DNA of 64,000 bases. It comes from Terracidiphilus sp. (GTDB lineage: Bacteria; Acidobacteriota; Terriglobia; Terriglobales; Acidobacteriaceae). Shown piece by piece: positions 1-9,960 of this stretch (within the stretch, counting starts at the first letter, position 1; each line of letters opens with the position of its first letter). The notes under the pieces are model-generated. The model made no database searches. It was not told the DNA's origin and was given only the letters and a program-made list of their open reading frames with translations. The stretch spans positions 16,607 to 80,606 of the forward strand of contig DATJMU010000135.1 in the NCBI GenBank assembly GCA_035508555.1. Direction: 5' to 3'. The position numbers and the translations under genes were made by a program.

Positions 1-21
1 GTCAGCAAGTTAGCGAGTCAG
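1..21 (+). repeat. Octamer tandem repeat (C[A/G][A/G]GT[C/T][A/G]G units)
   Basis: GTCAG CAAGTTAG CGAGTCAG. Same family as 330-357 (inverted) and 25443-25490. Confidence 0.6.
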
Positions 22-298
22 CGGTTGGCGAATTGCGGTTTGTAACTCCAACAGGGAGCCGCGGGCAACGGCCCTAAATTGGTGGAAGTGGCCGTCGTTG
101 AGCCTTCCGCGATATTGCTCGGAATCGAGACGGCAGCTCGGCGCGCTTGAGCCTGGAGACCGTAGACTTCCTTCTGCGGAAGGGATTCCGTCTCACAATA
201 GATTGCCTTCGCAGGGCCCATGCTCGCCTGCCACACCAGCAGGCCGCGATAGTGGCGCGTCCTGCCGTCACTGGGCGAATCGTCCTTTTTGTTTTCAT
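10..298 (-). pseudogene. Four-helix-bundle (S23/IVP, bAvd-like) protein pseudogene
   Basis: One frame reads RHYRGLLVWQASM...YGLQAQARRAAVSIPSNIAEG. After a frameshift near position 101 another frame continues NDGHFHQFRAVARGSLLELQT and stops at 10-12, without the final helix. Confidence 0.8.
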
Positions 299-314
299 CG
301 ATGCGTCCACTTGC

Positions 315-602
315 TCATTTGCTCTTCCGCTGACCTGCCGACCTGCTGACTTGCTGAGCCGCGGGCTTGCTACGATCAATGTCCCCATGGCCTTTCTCGA
401 TCCGCGCCTGTCCGCGTCGGCCGAGCGCGACCAGCAGCAGGCCGAAGGCGAGCAGCACCACGCCCCACCACAGGTTGACGTCGATGCCCATCGCTTGCGC
501 GTAGAAGGCGGGATTCTCGCGGGTTGATAGCCCGAAAGCCATCAGCACCGCGCCGACTAGGGTGAACATCATGCCGGTGGGGATACGAAGATCAATATTC
601 AT
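315..602 (-). CDS. Small 2-TM membrane protein accompanying the SSS transporter
   Basis: IDLRIPTGMMF...GIDVNLWWG pattern, two hydrophobic segments, directly downstream of the SSS gene. Confidence 0.8.
   Translation of the reverse strand: MNIDLRIPTGMMFTLVGAVLMAFGLSTRENPAFYAQAMGIDVNLWWGVVLLAFGLLLVALGRRGQARIEKGHGDIDRSKPAAQQVSRSAGQRKSK
330..357 (-). repeat. Octamer tandem repeat, inverted relative to 1-21
   Basis: CTGACCTG CCGACCTG CTGACTTG CTGA on the + strand. Confidence 0.65.
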
Positions 603-652
603 GGTGGCTCCCGGGGCTCATGCAGGGTTCGAGTTGGGTTCTGGGCGGCTCA

Positions 653-2485
653 TCAAAAGAAAAAGACGTTGATCGCGATCGCGGATGCGAGGACAAAAGC
701 GGCGAAAGCTTCGGGGCGCTTCCACCAGGAGGAAGATTGGACGGCCGCTGGCGACGTGAGCCCGTAGACGAGGCCGCTCAGTTTTTCCACGGGGCGCGGC
801 CTGGTGACCAGGCTCACGGCGAAGGTGACGAGCAGGTTGGAGGCGAAGGCAAAGATGGCGGTCCACAGGCCCTGCACGATGAGGTTGGGGTAGGTGTGGA
901 CGACGGCGATCCAGCCGCCATGGACGCCGGGGCGGTCGCCGGCGGGGAGCGTAAGCCCATAGTGCAGCGCTGCCGCCGCCGTGCCTGCGACGAGACCGGC
1001 AAAGGCGCCGTGGCTGGTGGCGCGCCGCGAAAACATGCCGGCCAGGAACGTGGCGAAGAGCGGCGCATTGACGAACGAGAGCGCCAGCAGCACCAGGCCG
1101 AAGACACCGCCGAGGTAACTGGCGGCGAAGGCTAGGCCGACGGCAAGCGCCAACGCGGCGATCGTGGTCCAGCGCGCTACGGCCAGGTAGTGGGCGTCTT
1201 CAGCGTCTTTGCGGACGAGAGTCTGGTAGAGGTCGCAGGTGAAGACGGTGTTGAAGGCGGTGATGCCGGCGGCCACGCCGCTCATGAGGGCGGCGAGCAG
1301 GGCCGCCAGCCCCAGACCGAGCAGGCCCGAGGGCAGGTAGTGCAAAAGCAGGCTCGGCGTGGCCAGGTTGTAGTCAAGGACCGGATGGCCCGCTGCGTCG
1401 CGGATGGGCTGTCCGGTGGCCGGGTTGGCCTGGGCGGGGACCACGCCCTGGCCGGCCTGGGCCGCGGGACTGACGACGTTGATCTCGTGATAGATGCTGC
1501 CGTTTTCAATGTGGACGAAGGTGGTGGTGTGGGGGGTGGGCAGAGTGATGGCGAGCAGACCGGGCACGACGAGGAGCAGCGGCAGAACCACCTTGGCGGC
1601 GGCGGCATAGAGCGGGACGCGGCGCGCGGCGGCGGTGTCTTTGACCGCAAAGGCGGCCTGCAGAAAGCGGAAGTCGGCGCACCAGGCGCTGCCGCCGAGC
1701 ACGATGCCAAGGCCGAGAAACAGCGTGAGAGGACCGAGCCCCATGGAGTTGGGTCCGGCGTGAGGGAGCCCCTGCCAGGCATGCATCTGGACTTGCATCC
1801 TGGCGGGCAGCGCGGCTTTGAGGCCGCTCCAGCCGCCGATGTGGCGCAGGCCGAGGAGCACGGCGGGCAAGAGGCCGGCGACGATGAGGAAGAACTCAAG
1901 CACCTGGCTGTAAAGCGCGCCGGTGAGGCCGCCCATCCAGACGATCAAGAGCACCACCAGGGCAGGCAGAACGATGGCGACGGGCAAGATTGCGGTGGTG
2001 GGCCAGGAGCGCGCATAGAAGAGGGGATCGAAGATGTGCAGCGCCTCAACCACGCGGGCCACGGCGTAGAGGGCCGCGCCAGCCGTGGCCAGCATCGACA
2101 GGGCCAGCGCGACGGCGTAGAGGGTGCGGGTCCTGGGGCCGAAGCGCAGGCCCAGGTACTCCGGCGTGGAGCGGGCGCCGGAGCCGTAGTAGACGGGCAT
2201 CATGTAGAGGCCGGCAAAGAGCAGGGCCGGGATGGCGCCGACGCCGTAGAACTGCGCGCTCTGGAGGCCGTAGTGCGCGCCCAGAGCGCCCATGGTGAGC
2301 AGTTCCTGGCCGCCCAGGGTAATGCCGATGAGCGCGAGGCCCGCGACCCAGGCGGGCATGGCGCGGCCGGCGAGGAGAAACACGTTCGCCGTTTTGACAA
2401 AAGGCCGCAGGGCGAAGCCCATGCTCGTGGTGAAGAAGAGGCAGATGAGCAGGACGAGTCCGTCAGGGGCGGAGAGGTTGGGCAA
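653..2485 (-). CDS. Sodium:solute symporter (SSS/SLC5) family protein
   Basis: Many TM segments; FLLAGRAMPAWVAG and SGVAAGITAFNTVFTCDLY motifs. TTG start follows AGGGAG (alternative ATG at 2512). Confidence 0.88.
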   Translation of the reverse strand: MPNLSAPDGLVLLICLFFTTSMGFALRPFVKTANVFLLAGRAMPAWVAGLALIGITLGGQELLTMGALGAHYGLQSAQFYGVGAIPALLFAGLYMMPVYYGSGARSTPEYLGLRFGPRTRTLYAVALALSMLATAGAALYAVARVVEALHIFDPLFYARSWPTTAILPVAIVLPALVVLLIVWMGGLTGALYSQVLEFFLIVAGLLPAVLLGLRHIGGWSGLKAALPARMQVQMHAWQGLPHAGPNSMGLGPLTLFLGLGIVLGGSAWCADFRFLQAAFAVKDTAAARRVPLYAAAAKVVLPLLLVVPGLLAITLPTPHTTTFVHIENGSIYHEINVVSPAAQAGQGVVPAQANPATGQPIRDAAGHPVLDYNLATPSLLLHYLPSGLLGLGLAALLAALMSGVAAGITAFNTVFTCDLYQTLVRKDAEDAHYLAVARWTTIAALALAVGLAFAASYLGGVFGLVLLALSFVNAPLFATFLAGMFSRRATSHGAFAGLVAGTAAAALHYGLTLPAGDRPGVHGGWIAVVHTYPNLIVQGLWTAIFAFASNLLVTFAVSLVTRPRPVEKLSGLVYGLTSPAAVQSSSWWKRPEAFAAFVLASAIAINVFFF

Positions 2486-2625
2486 TGCTGGCTCCCTTGC
2501 GATTGCGTACATCTTTATCTTCGCAGCGGAGGGTGGGGGCGGCCAATGCACGGCGGATGCGGGCGCAAGGAATGCGCAAAGGCCCTCGGAGGAAACCGGA
2601 GGGCCTTTGCGGTCAAGGGCGGCGT

Positions 2626-3876
2626 CTACGCGGTGACGCGGCGGCGTGGCTTGCAGCCGGAGAGGCCGTAGTAGGAGACGTACAGGTAGCAGAGGATGAT
2701 CACGATGAAGGCGTACTGGAAGCCGAACCTGTCGGCGGCGGCGCCGAAGAGAAGCGGAATGACCGCGCCGCCCACGTTGCCGATGGTGATGACGCCGGAG
2801 CCGGCGCTGGTGAGGGGGCCCAGCTCGGCGATGCCCAGCGCGAAGATGGTCGGGTACATGATGGAGTTGGCGAGGCCGCAGAGCACTAGCATCCAGGCGG
2901 CGGCCATTCCACGCGAGGTCATGGCGACGAGCAGCAGCGCCACGCCGCAAAAGCCGAGAATGCCGAGCAGAGTTTGCGCCTTGACCCACTTCATGAGGAT
3001 GGTGCCGATGAAGCGGCCGGCGCCGATGAGCAGGTAGTAGAGCAGGGCCATGAAGGCGATGGTGTCGCCGTTGAAGATGCCCTGGGCGTTGAAGAACTTG
3101 ATGGCGTTGGCGGCCAGCGCGATCTCGATACCGACGTAGAAGAAGATGCCGACCATGCCGAGCACGGTGTGCGAGTAGGTCCAGATGTTGCGTTCCGTGA
3201 TGGGCTTGCCTTCCTTGGCGGGGCGGAACTCGCGCGTGGCGGTGATGGCGGGCAGGTGCATGAACATGACGCTTACGCCGAGGAGGAGCAGCGCGGCGGC
3301 GATGACCACGTAGGGCCCCTCGACGGTGTGCGCGGTGCTGGCGGCACTGGAGACTTTGGCGGGGTTCGAGAGGATGAAGTGCACCACCACAAGCGGGGCG
3401 AGGGCCGCGCCCAGGGAGTTGAAGGCCTGGGCCAGCGTGAGCCGCGCCGGGGCGGTGTGCTCGGGGCCGAGGATGGAGACGTAGGGGTTGGCCGAGGTCT
3501 GCAGCGCGGTAACGCCTGTGGCCAGCACGAAGCTGGCGGCGAGGAAGAGCGGGAAGCTGATCATGTTGGCGGCAGGCACGAAGAGCAGCGCGCCGATCAT
3601 CATCACGAACAGCGAGATGACCATGGTCCGCTTGTAGCCCACGGCTTCGATCAGCTTGGCGCTGGGTACGGAGAAGATGAGGTAGGCGAGAAACCAGGAC
3701 GTGGCCACCAGATTCGACCAGGCGTGGTTGAGGTGGAAGAGGTCCTGGAGCTTGGGCGAGAGGTTGCTGTTCATGTTGGTGAGGAACCCGAAGATGCCGA
3801 AGAGGGCCGTCACCGTGATGAAGGGAACTAGATAGTTGGGCGCCTGGGGGGCAGGCTGGGTGGGTCGCGTTGCCAT
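2626..3876 (-). CDS. MFS sugar:H+ symporter, FucP/GluP family
   Basis: [33 protein letters not shown] and [12 protein letters not shown] motifs. Confidence 0.9.
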   Translation of the reverse strand: MATRPTQPAPQAPNYLVPFITVTALFGIFGFLTNMNSNLSPKLQDLFHLNHAWSNLVATSWFLAYLIFSVPSAKLIEAVGYKRTMVISLFVMMIGALLFVPAANMISFPLFLAASFVLATGVTALQTSANPYVSILGPEHTAPARLTLAQAFNSLGAALAPLVVVHFILSNPAKVSSAASTAHTVEGPYVVIAAALLLLGVSVMFMHLPAITATREFRPAKEGKPITERNIWTYSHTVLGMVGIFFYVGIEIALAANAIKFFNAQGIFNGDTIAFMALLYYLLIGAGRFIGTILMKWVKAQTLLGILGFCGVALLLVAMTSRGMAAAWMLVLCGLANSIMYPTIFALGIAELGPLTSAGSGVITIGNVGGAVIPLLFGAAADRFGFQYAFIVIILCYLYVSYYGLSGCKPRRRVTA

Positions 3877-4102
3877 GTGCGCACTTGCCTCGCTTCCTTG
3901 GAGAGACTCGCCTGGCCGGTGCGGACCTGCCGCGGCCCGCGTCAGGCATCGCCGGCGGGGTGTGCAGGGCCGTTGGGGGCCGCGCGGAACAGGATCGGAA
4001 CCACTGTACGCAGGGGGGCGCGGGCAAGTCCAGTGGAAAGTGAAAATGTTTTCAGCGGCGCAGCGCCGCAACCCGATTTGCGGCAGTTTACACTGGACTG
4101 GC

Positions 4103-5164
4103 ATGATTCCTACGCTCACCTGGACCGACGAAGGCGTTCGTTTTATCGACCAAACCAAGCTGCCGCTTGACGAGAGTTATGTGGTCGCGAAGACCTATGA
4201 GGAAGTGGCCGACGTGATCGTGACCATGGTGGTCCGCGGCGCGCCGGCCATCGGGGTTTCGGCGGCGTACGGCGTGGTGCTGGGCGCCAGGGGCACGCGC
4301 GCGGCCACGACGGCTGAGTTTGCGCCGGAGTTCGAGCGCATCTGCGCGCGGCTGGCTGGGACGCGGCCCACGGCGGTTAATCTGTTCTGGGCCATCGACC
4401 GCATGAAGGGGCTGTTCGAGAACCTCGTGGTCTCCGGGGCCTCGCTGAAGTTGATCCAGGACCGGCTGCTGGCCGAGGCCCATGCGATGTACGACGAGGA
4501 CATCGCCGCCTGCAAGGCGATGGGCGCGCATGGCGGAGCGCTGTTGCCGGCCGAGGCGGGTGTGCTGACCCACTGCAACGCCGGCGCATTGGCCACCTGC
4601 GGCTACGGAACGGCGCTGGGCGTGATCCGCGCGGCCGTCGAGCAGGGCAAGCGCATCCATGTGTACGCCGACGAGACGCGGCCGTTCCTGCAAGGCGCGC
4701 GGCTCACGGCGTGGGAACTGATGGCCGACGGCATTCCTACGACGGTGATCTGCGATAACATGGCGGCCAGCCTGATGCGGCGGGGCAAGATCCAGGCGGT
4801 GGTGGTGGGCGCCGACCGCATCGCCGCCAACGGCGACACCGCCAACAAGATCGGCACCTACAGCGTCGCTATCCTGGCGCGCGAGCATGGAATTCCGTTT
4901 TACGTGGCAGCGCCGTGGTCCACCATCGACATGGCTACGGGGAACGGCGACGCGATCCCCATCGAGGAGCGGCCCGCGGCCGAGGTCACGCACCACGGCG
5001 GCAAGCAGTTGACGCCGAATGGCGTGGGCATCTGCAACCCGGCCTTCGACGTGACCCCGGCCAGGTACGTGACGGCGATCGTCACCGAGCGGGGCGTACT
5101 GCGGGCGCCTTACGCGTCTTCACTCCGTGAGCATGAGCTGGCAGGTTCCGCGGCGCGGAGTTAG
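4103..5164 (+). CDS. mtnA: S-methyl-5-thioribose-1-phosphate isomerase
   Basis: [68 protein letters not shown]. Confidence 0.95.
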   Translation: MIPTLTWTDEGVRFIDQTKLPLDESYVVAKTYEEVADVIVTMVVRGAPAIGVSAAYGVVLGARGTRAATTAEFAPEFERICARLAGTRPTAVNLFWAIDRMKGLFENLVVSGASLKLIQDRLLAEAHAMYDEDIAACKAMGAHGGALLPAEAGVLTHCNAGALATCGYGTALGVIRAAVEQGKRIHVYADETRPFLQGARLTAWELMADGIPTTVICDNMAASLMRRGKIQAVVVGADRIAANGDTANKIGTYSVAILAREHGIPFYVAAPWSTIDMATGNGDAIPIEERPAAEVTHHGGKQLTPNGVGICNPAFDVTPARYVTAIVTERGVLRAPYASSLREHELAGSAARS

Positions 5165-5253
5165 CGTCGGCAAAGATAAATGCCGAAGGGGATTCATTGG
5201 CAATCCCCGCCGCCAGTAGCCCGCGCGGGCCGCAGGCGCTAGAGTGGAGAATC

Positions 5254-5547
5254 ATGCTTCCCCGGCTCGCCATTCTGCATCTGCGTGAGCGGTCGCTGCC
5301 GCGCGGCGTGGCGCTTTCGCTGGCGGCGTTCGTGGTGAGCCTGCGGCTGGCGGGGTTTCCGAACATCGATAACCTGCACCACTCGCAATGGCAGGTTGTG
5401 ACGCTCGTTGCCGCTCTGGGGGGCATGGTGGAGACGGGGCGCTGCATCCGGCGGCGGTGGAGCTTTTACCACGCCGGGGTGCTGGTGCTGCTCTACTCCG
5501 AGCTGATGATCCTCACGGTGACGGCCTTCCTGACGTTCTTTTTCTGA
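5254..5547 (+). CDS. Small 3-TM hypothetical membrane protein
   Basis: Three hydrophobic segments; fills the gap between mtnA and mscS. Start uncertain (alternative 5197). Confidence 0.65.
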   Translation: MLPRLAILHLRERSLPRGVALSLAAFVVSLRLAGFPNIDNLHHSQWQVVTLVAALGGMVETGRCIRRRWSFYHAGVLVLLYSELMILTVTAFLTFFF

Positions 5548-5588
5548 CGCTCGGCTCCAAACTTGTCTCCGAGGTCGGTCGCTGGGTC

Positions 5589-6740
5589 TCAACCCTGATG
5601 CGCGACAGCCGCGGGCTCCGCAGCGTTGCCGCGACCCGGGTTGGCACGGCCGCCCCGGTCGTCCAACAGACGGGCGCGCACATTCGATGCGGTCTGGAAC
5701 TCGCCGCGGTAGCGGGGCAGGCAGCCGGGGTAGTTCTTCTGCAGGAAATCGATGAGCTTTTCGCGCACCAGGCAGCGCAGGTCCCAGGCGTCGCCGGAGT
5801 TGCGGGCGTCCATCAGCGCCCGGAGCTCCATGGTGTAGCGGTCGCAGTCGGAGACCTGCACGCCGCAGACCTTGCCGCCCCAGAGCGGCGTGGACTCGCA
5901 GATGCGCTTCAGCTCGTCGCGGACGGCGTCCACGGGGACCGTGAAATCGGTGTAGACGTAGGTGTAGCCCAGCAGCTCGGCGCTGGTGCGGGTCCAGTTC
6001 TGGAAGGAGTTGTCGAGGAAGTACGAGAGGGGAATGACGAGCCGGCGCAGGTCCCAGATGCGGACGACGACGTACATGGTGCCGATCTCCTCGATCCATC
6101 CCCACTCGCCCTCGATGACCACGGCGTCGCCAATGCGGAAGGGCTGGGCGAAGGCGATCTGCACGCCGGCGATGAGATTGGTGAGGGTGCCCTTCATGGC
6201 CATGCCGACGACGAGGCTGGCGAGGCCGGCCGAGGCCAGGATGCTGACGCCGATGTGGTTGATGGCGGGGAAGGTCATGAGCATCAGGGCCAGGCCGACG
6301 ACTGTGACCAGCACCACCACGATGTGGTGCAGCATCTGGAACTGGGTCTGGATGCGCCGTGCGACCAGGTTGTCGGCGACGTCGACGCGGTAACGGCTCG
6401 AGAGGACGTCGGCGGTCACGTCGACGAGCAGAATGGCGAGCCAGGCGGTAGCGGCGATGAGGCCGAGACCGGTGATATGCTCGAGGGCCGACTTACCGAT
6501 CTTCGGCAGCGGCAGGCCCGGCTCCACGCAGAGGACGGCCAGCAGCGGAAAGATCCAGCGGCTGGGGCCCTCGCCGTGCTTGACCAGCGAGTGGCCGAGC
6601 ACCGCGCCTTTGCGTTTGGCCAGACGGCGCAGCGTCCACAGAACGATGCGCCGCGCGATGAGCCCCACCGCTACGGCAATAACGAGGGCTCCCGCCGACC
6701 AGAGCAGGTCGCGCCAGTGCTGCGTGACATATGCGATCAT
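5589..6740 (-). CDS. Small-conductance mechanosensitive channel, MscS family
   Basis: SILASAGLASLVVG, QPFRIGDAVVIEGEWGWIEEIG, FQNWTR. Confidence 0.92.
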   Translation of the reverse strand: MIAYVTQHWRDLLWSAGALVIAVAVGLIARRIVLWTLRRLAKRKGAVLGHSLVKHGEGPSRWIFPLLAVLCVEPGLPLPKIGKSALEHITGLGLIAATAWLAILLVDVTADVLSSRYRVDVADNLVARRIQTQFQMLHHIVVVLVTVVGLALMLMTFPAINHIGVSILASAGLASLVVGMAMKGTLTNLIAGVQIAFAQPFRIGDAVVIEGEWGWIEEIGTMYVVVRIWDLRRLVIPLSYFLDNSFQNWTRTSAELLGYTYVYTDFTVPVDAVRDELKRICESTPLWGGKVCGVQVSDCDRYTMELRALMDARNSGDAWDLRCLVREKLIDFLQKNYPGCLPRYRGEFQTASNVRARLLDDRGGRANPGRGNAAEPAAVAHQG

Positions 6741-7014
6741 TATGCCTCTTCTTCTCTTCGTTGGGATGCGCGGGCGCGCGGCTCAGTTTGCTTGACGTAG
6801 CGCATGAAGTCCCCGCGAAGTCCACCCAAAAATCAATCGCTGGCGCTATCTGGAAAGGATGCAAACGCAACAGCGGCCTGGGGACATGCGCCCCCAGGCC
6901 GCTGCCGGTGATCTGTTGGGATTGGACTAAGGCCATCGCGCTGCCGCGAGTGCCAAGTGGCCCGCACGGAGTGCTCTCCGCCGGGTCTTACGAACTGGTC
7001 TGGGGCGCGATGCC

Positions 7015-7065
7015 CTAGGCCTCAGTCACCTCACGTAGGGTACAACTGCAACAATCAGAGTTCAT
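7015..7065 (-). CDS. Putative 16-aa small ORF MNSDCCSCTLREVTEA
   Basis: ATG preceded by GAAAGGAGGTTGATCCAGCC, an extended complement of the 16S rRNA 3' end. No homology evidence. Confidence 0.3.
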   Translation of the reverse strand: MNSDCCSCTLREVTEA

Positions 7066-7125
7066 TTGGCTGGATCAACCTCCTTTCCCGTGTAAGCCCA
7101 AGCTAGCGCCAATGCCGGCGGCGCG

Positions 7126-7869
7126 TCAAGCGCGGCGCTTGCCGCTGTCGCCCTTGAGCGCCGCAAGGTTTTTGCTTGCCTCGCGACAGGTGAGCGGGGA
7201 GAGCCGCTCGCGCGCTTCGTCGAGGAACCGCTCGACGGCGCGCCAGTCGTGCCAGGCGTAGTCGCGCAGCGCCCAGCCGACGGCCTTGCGGATGAAGAAC
7301 TCGGTCTCGGGCGCGAGCCGCTCGGCGTAGCGGAATAGGCGCGCGGTGTCGGTGCCGGCGCGCCAGCCGAGCTGGTGAAGCATCGCCGTGCGGCGTATCC
7401 AGAAGTCTTCGTCGCGGACGGCGCGGTCCATGCGCTTCTGCCCTTTGGCACCCGCGCTGCGCACCACGGCGCCTGTTACCTTGACCAGCGCGTCCACCGT
7501 GTCCCACCAGGACTTTTGCCGCGCGAGATCGAGAAGCCACTCGAGTTCGTCGACGCCGAAGACAGCGCGCCAATGGACCAGAAGGTCCGCGGCCGCGTAC
7601 TGGTATTCGCGTTCTTTGTGCGCCCAGAGGACATCGGCTGCGGCGCGCAGCTCAGCGGGACCGACCGGAGCGAACGCGCGCACCAGCGGCTTGATCGCTG
7701 CTCTGCGCTCAGGAGTCTGAATCCCGAGGTACACGAAGCGGTTGCGCATGTAGGCCGCCATGCCGACTGCGCGCTTGGCATCGGCCAGCGGGGCCAGCGC
7801 GGCTTCTACAGCGTCGCCAAACCTCGCCGCTTCCGAGGCGCTTCCCGTGCCAATCCTCAGGCGAGCCAT
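7126..7869 (-). CDS. DNA alkylation repair protein (AlkD-like HEAT repeat)
   Basis: MAAYMRNRF, EREYQY, KSWWDTVD, FWIRRTAMLHQL, EFFIRKAVGWALR. Confidence 0.9.
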   Translation of the reverse strand: MARLRIGTGSASEAARFGDAVEAALAPLADAKRAVGMAAYMRNRFVYLGIQTPERRAAIKPLVRAFAPVGPAELRAAADVLWAHKEREYQYAAADLLVHWRAVFGVDELEWLLDLARQKSWWDTVDALVKVTGAVVRSAGAKGQKRMDRAVRDEDFWIRRTAMLHQLGWRAGTDTARLFRYAERLAPETEFFIRKAVGWALRDYAWHDWRAVERFLDEARERLSPLTCREASKNLAALKGDSGKRRA

Positions 7870-7930
7870 AGAATCTTGCCTTGCGCGCCGCAGCAACGGA
7901 GCGGCGGTCCTCCCTACTCCGTATCACATC

Positions 7931-8821
7931 TTACGCAAACGCCAGGTTCACGTTGTCGATGGCCTCGTCGATCTCCGCGGTGCTCTTGTAGCCCACGGTT
8001 ACCGAATCCACGCCCGCGTGGCGGAAGGCGAATCGCATGGCCGCCTGCCGCTGCTCGTGGTTGAAGGTGCCTTCGCCGGCCAGCTTCATGCTGATCACGC
8101 CCTTGCGCGCACCGAGGGTCTTCTTGATGTAATCGACCACCACCGGCACGTCGCCGGTGGGCGCCATGTAGCTCTCGGCGTCCATGTCGATGCCCGTCTG
8201 GTTGCAGCGGATCATTCCGATGTCGAGCCAGTCGTCGGTGGGAACCTGGCGGAGGGCTGGCAGCCCATGCACCGATGCGCCGCGCCCCATGATGGTCTTT
8301 TTCGCCTGCGCCTCGACGATCGCATCCTGCCACGGGCGCGTGTTCTCCGGCCAGGTGGCCGTATGCTGCCAGTGCAGCAGCATGATGTCAAAGTAGTCGG
8401 TCTTCGAGCTCCTGAGGAGCTGGTTGAGGTGCTCGGCGGGGTCCACGCCCTCCATGGTGGTCACCTTCGTCATGAGCTTGTAGCTCTCGCGTGGCAGCCC
8501 ATTGAGCGCCTCGCCGAGCATCTGCTGCGACTCCCCATAGGACTCGGCGGTCTCGAAGAAGCGGATGCCCCGGTCGTAGGCGTAGCGGACCAGCCGTGTG
8601 AAGCCCTGCTGTCCGAGATCCTGCTGCACGCGGCCGCTGAACGTGCCGGTGCCGAAGGCGAGACGCGTCACTTTGACGTTCGACTTTCCCAGCGTGACCC
8701 ACTCGGTGGCCCAGTCTTTCCTGCTGCCGGACAGGCCTGCGAGCGGCAGGCCTCCAGTGGTCGCCAGCGCTCCGGCGGCAACGCTGGCTTTGATGAAATG
8801 ACGGCGGGATATGCTCGACAT
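7931..8821 (-). CDS. Aldo/keto reductase with Tat-like signal, copy 1
   Basis: SRRHFIK; VTRLAFGTG; FFETAESY; TK; LLHW; HGL; ISMKL. Confidence 0.88.
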   Translation of the reverse strand: MSSISRRHFIKASVAAGALATTGGLPLAGLSGSRKDWATEWVTLGKSNVKVTRLAFGTGTFSGRVQQDLGQQGFTRLVRYAYDRGIRFFETAESYGESQQMLGEALNGLPRESYKLMTKVTTMEGVDPAEHLNQLLRSSKTDYFDIMLLHWQHTATWPENTRPWQDAIVEAQAKKTIMGRGASVHGLPALRQVPTDDWLDIGMIRCNQTGIDMDAESYMAPTGDVPVVVDYIKKTLGARKGVISMKLAGEGTFNHEQRQAAMRFAFRHAGVDSVTVGYKSTAEIDEAIDNVNLAFA

Positions 8822-8898
8822 AGAACCCCCTTCTGCGGTTGTTGGTGTTGGCTCGCGGTCCACAACAACTTCGGCGGGAGGTTCCGGGAATGGGCTGA

Positions 8899-9789
8899 CT
8901 AGGCCAGCGCCAGATTCACATTGTCGATGGCCTCATCGACTTCCGCCGGGCTCTTGGTGCCGACCGTGACGCATTGCACGCCCGCATGCTGAAACGCGAA
9001 GCGCATCGACTTCTGCCGGTCCTCGTGACTGGTGAACGATCCCTCGCCGATCAGCTTCATGCTGATGACGCCCTTGTCTTCGGCCCGCACTTGCTTTACG
9101 TGCCCGACGACCTCGGCGACGTCGCCGGGGATGTGCTCTTTGGAGTTGGCGCCGTCCATGTGCGCGCCCTTGTGATTCATGCGGATCATGGCGATCTGCA
9201 GCCACTGGTCGCCGGGCACCTGGCGCAGCGCGGGAAGCCCGTGGACCGAGGCGCCGCGCGCGAGCACCAACTGCTTAGACTCCGCTTCCAGAATTCCGTC
9301 CTGCCACGGGCGGCTCACGGTGGGCCAGTCGGGGCCCTGCTGCACGTGCATCAGCACGATGTCGAAGTAGTCAGTCTGGCTCTCCTTGAGCAGCCCCTGG
9401 ATGCGGGCCACGGGATCGACGCCGGGGCCCTCGTCGGTGGTCATCTTGGTCATGAGCCGGTAGTTCTCGCGGGGAATGCCTTTGAGCGCGATGCCCAACA
9501 TGCGGTGCATGTCGGTGTAGGCCTCGGCGGTCTCAAAGAAGCGGATGCCGCGGTCGTAGGCGTGTTGGACGAGGGCGTTGAAGCCCTCCTGGCCGAGGTC
9601 GCGCTGCACGCGGCCGTTGTGGGTGCCGGTGCCGAAGGCCAGGCGCGTCACCTTGACGCCTGACTTGCCCAGCGTGACCCAGCTTGTGGCTGTCCGGGCC
9701 TCGGCTTCGAGAGGCAAAGCGCCAACGCCGGCGAGGGCGCCGGCCGCGATTCCGGTTTTGAGGAAGTTGCGCCTGGAGAGGGCGGACAT
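8899..9789 (-). CDS. Aldo/keto reductase with Tat-like signal, copy 2
   Basis: SRRNFLK; VTRLAFGTG; FFETAEAY; LMHV. Paralogue of 7931-8821 with the same 891-nt length. Confidence 0.88.
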   Translation of the reverse strand: MSALSRRNFLKTGIAAGALAGVGALPLEAEARTATSWVTLGKSGVKVTRLAFGTGTHNGRVQRDLGQEGFNALVQHAYDRGIRFFETAEAYTDMHRMLGIALKGIPRENYRLMTKMTTDEGPGVDPVARIQGLLKESQTDYFDIVLMHVQQGPDWPTVSRPWQDGILEAESKQLVLARGASVHGLPALRQVPGDQWLQIAMIRMNHKGAHMDGANSKEHIPGDVAEVVGHVKQVRAEDKGVISMKLIGEGSFTSHEDRQKSMRFAFQHAGVQCVTVGTKSPAEVDEAIDNVNLALA

Positions 9790-9960
9790 TAGACCTCCTG
9801 CTGGCCAGGGGAATGCCAGATGCCCGCATAGTAGCACAGCGGCGTTACCGCTGGCGTTAACGCGAAGCATGAGGCCGGCGGCAAAAGTTAGGATAATGAA
9901 GCAGCGCAGTTTAGCCGCCCGGCTCCAGCCGGGGCCGGGAACGGGGAGTGACGCACGACG

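Noticed and set aside
10-298. Diversity-generating retroelement (Avd-like gene)
   Set aside because: No reverse transcriptase or TR/VR pair is visible in the window, and the gene is decayed.
653-4027. 1124-aa ORF as a single protein
   Set aside because: The N-terminal half is an off-frame shadow of the fucP-like gene; only the SSS portion is credible. The same applies to the long extensions of 8899-10653, 16855-18018 and 3836-5164.
5167-5208. Two hairpins after mtnA as an intrinsic terminator
   Set aside because: The stems are short (6-7 bp) with no U-tract, so the function is unsupported.
7068-7087. 16S rRNA gene or fragment
   Set aside because: Only about 20 nt match, with no flanking rRNA sequence.
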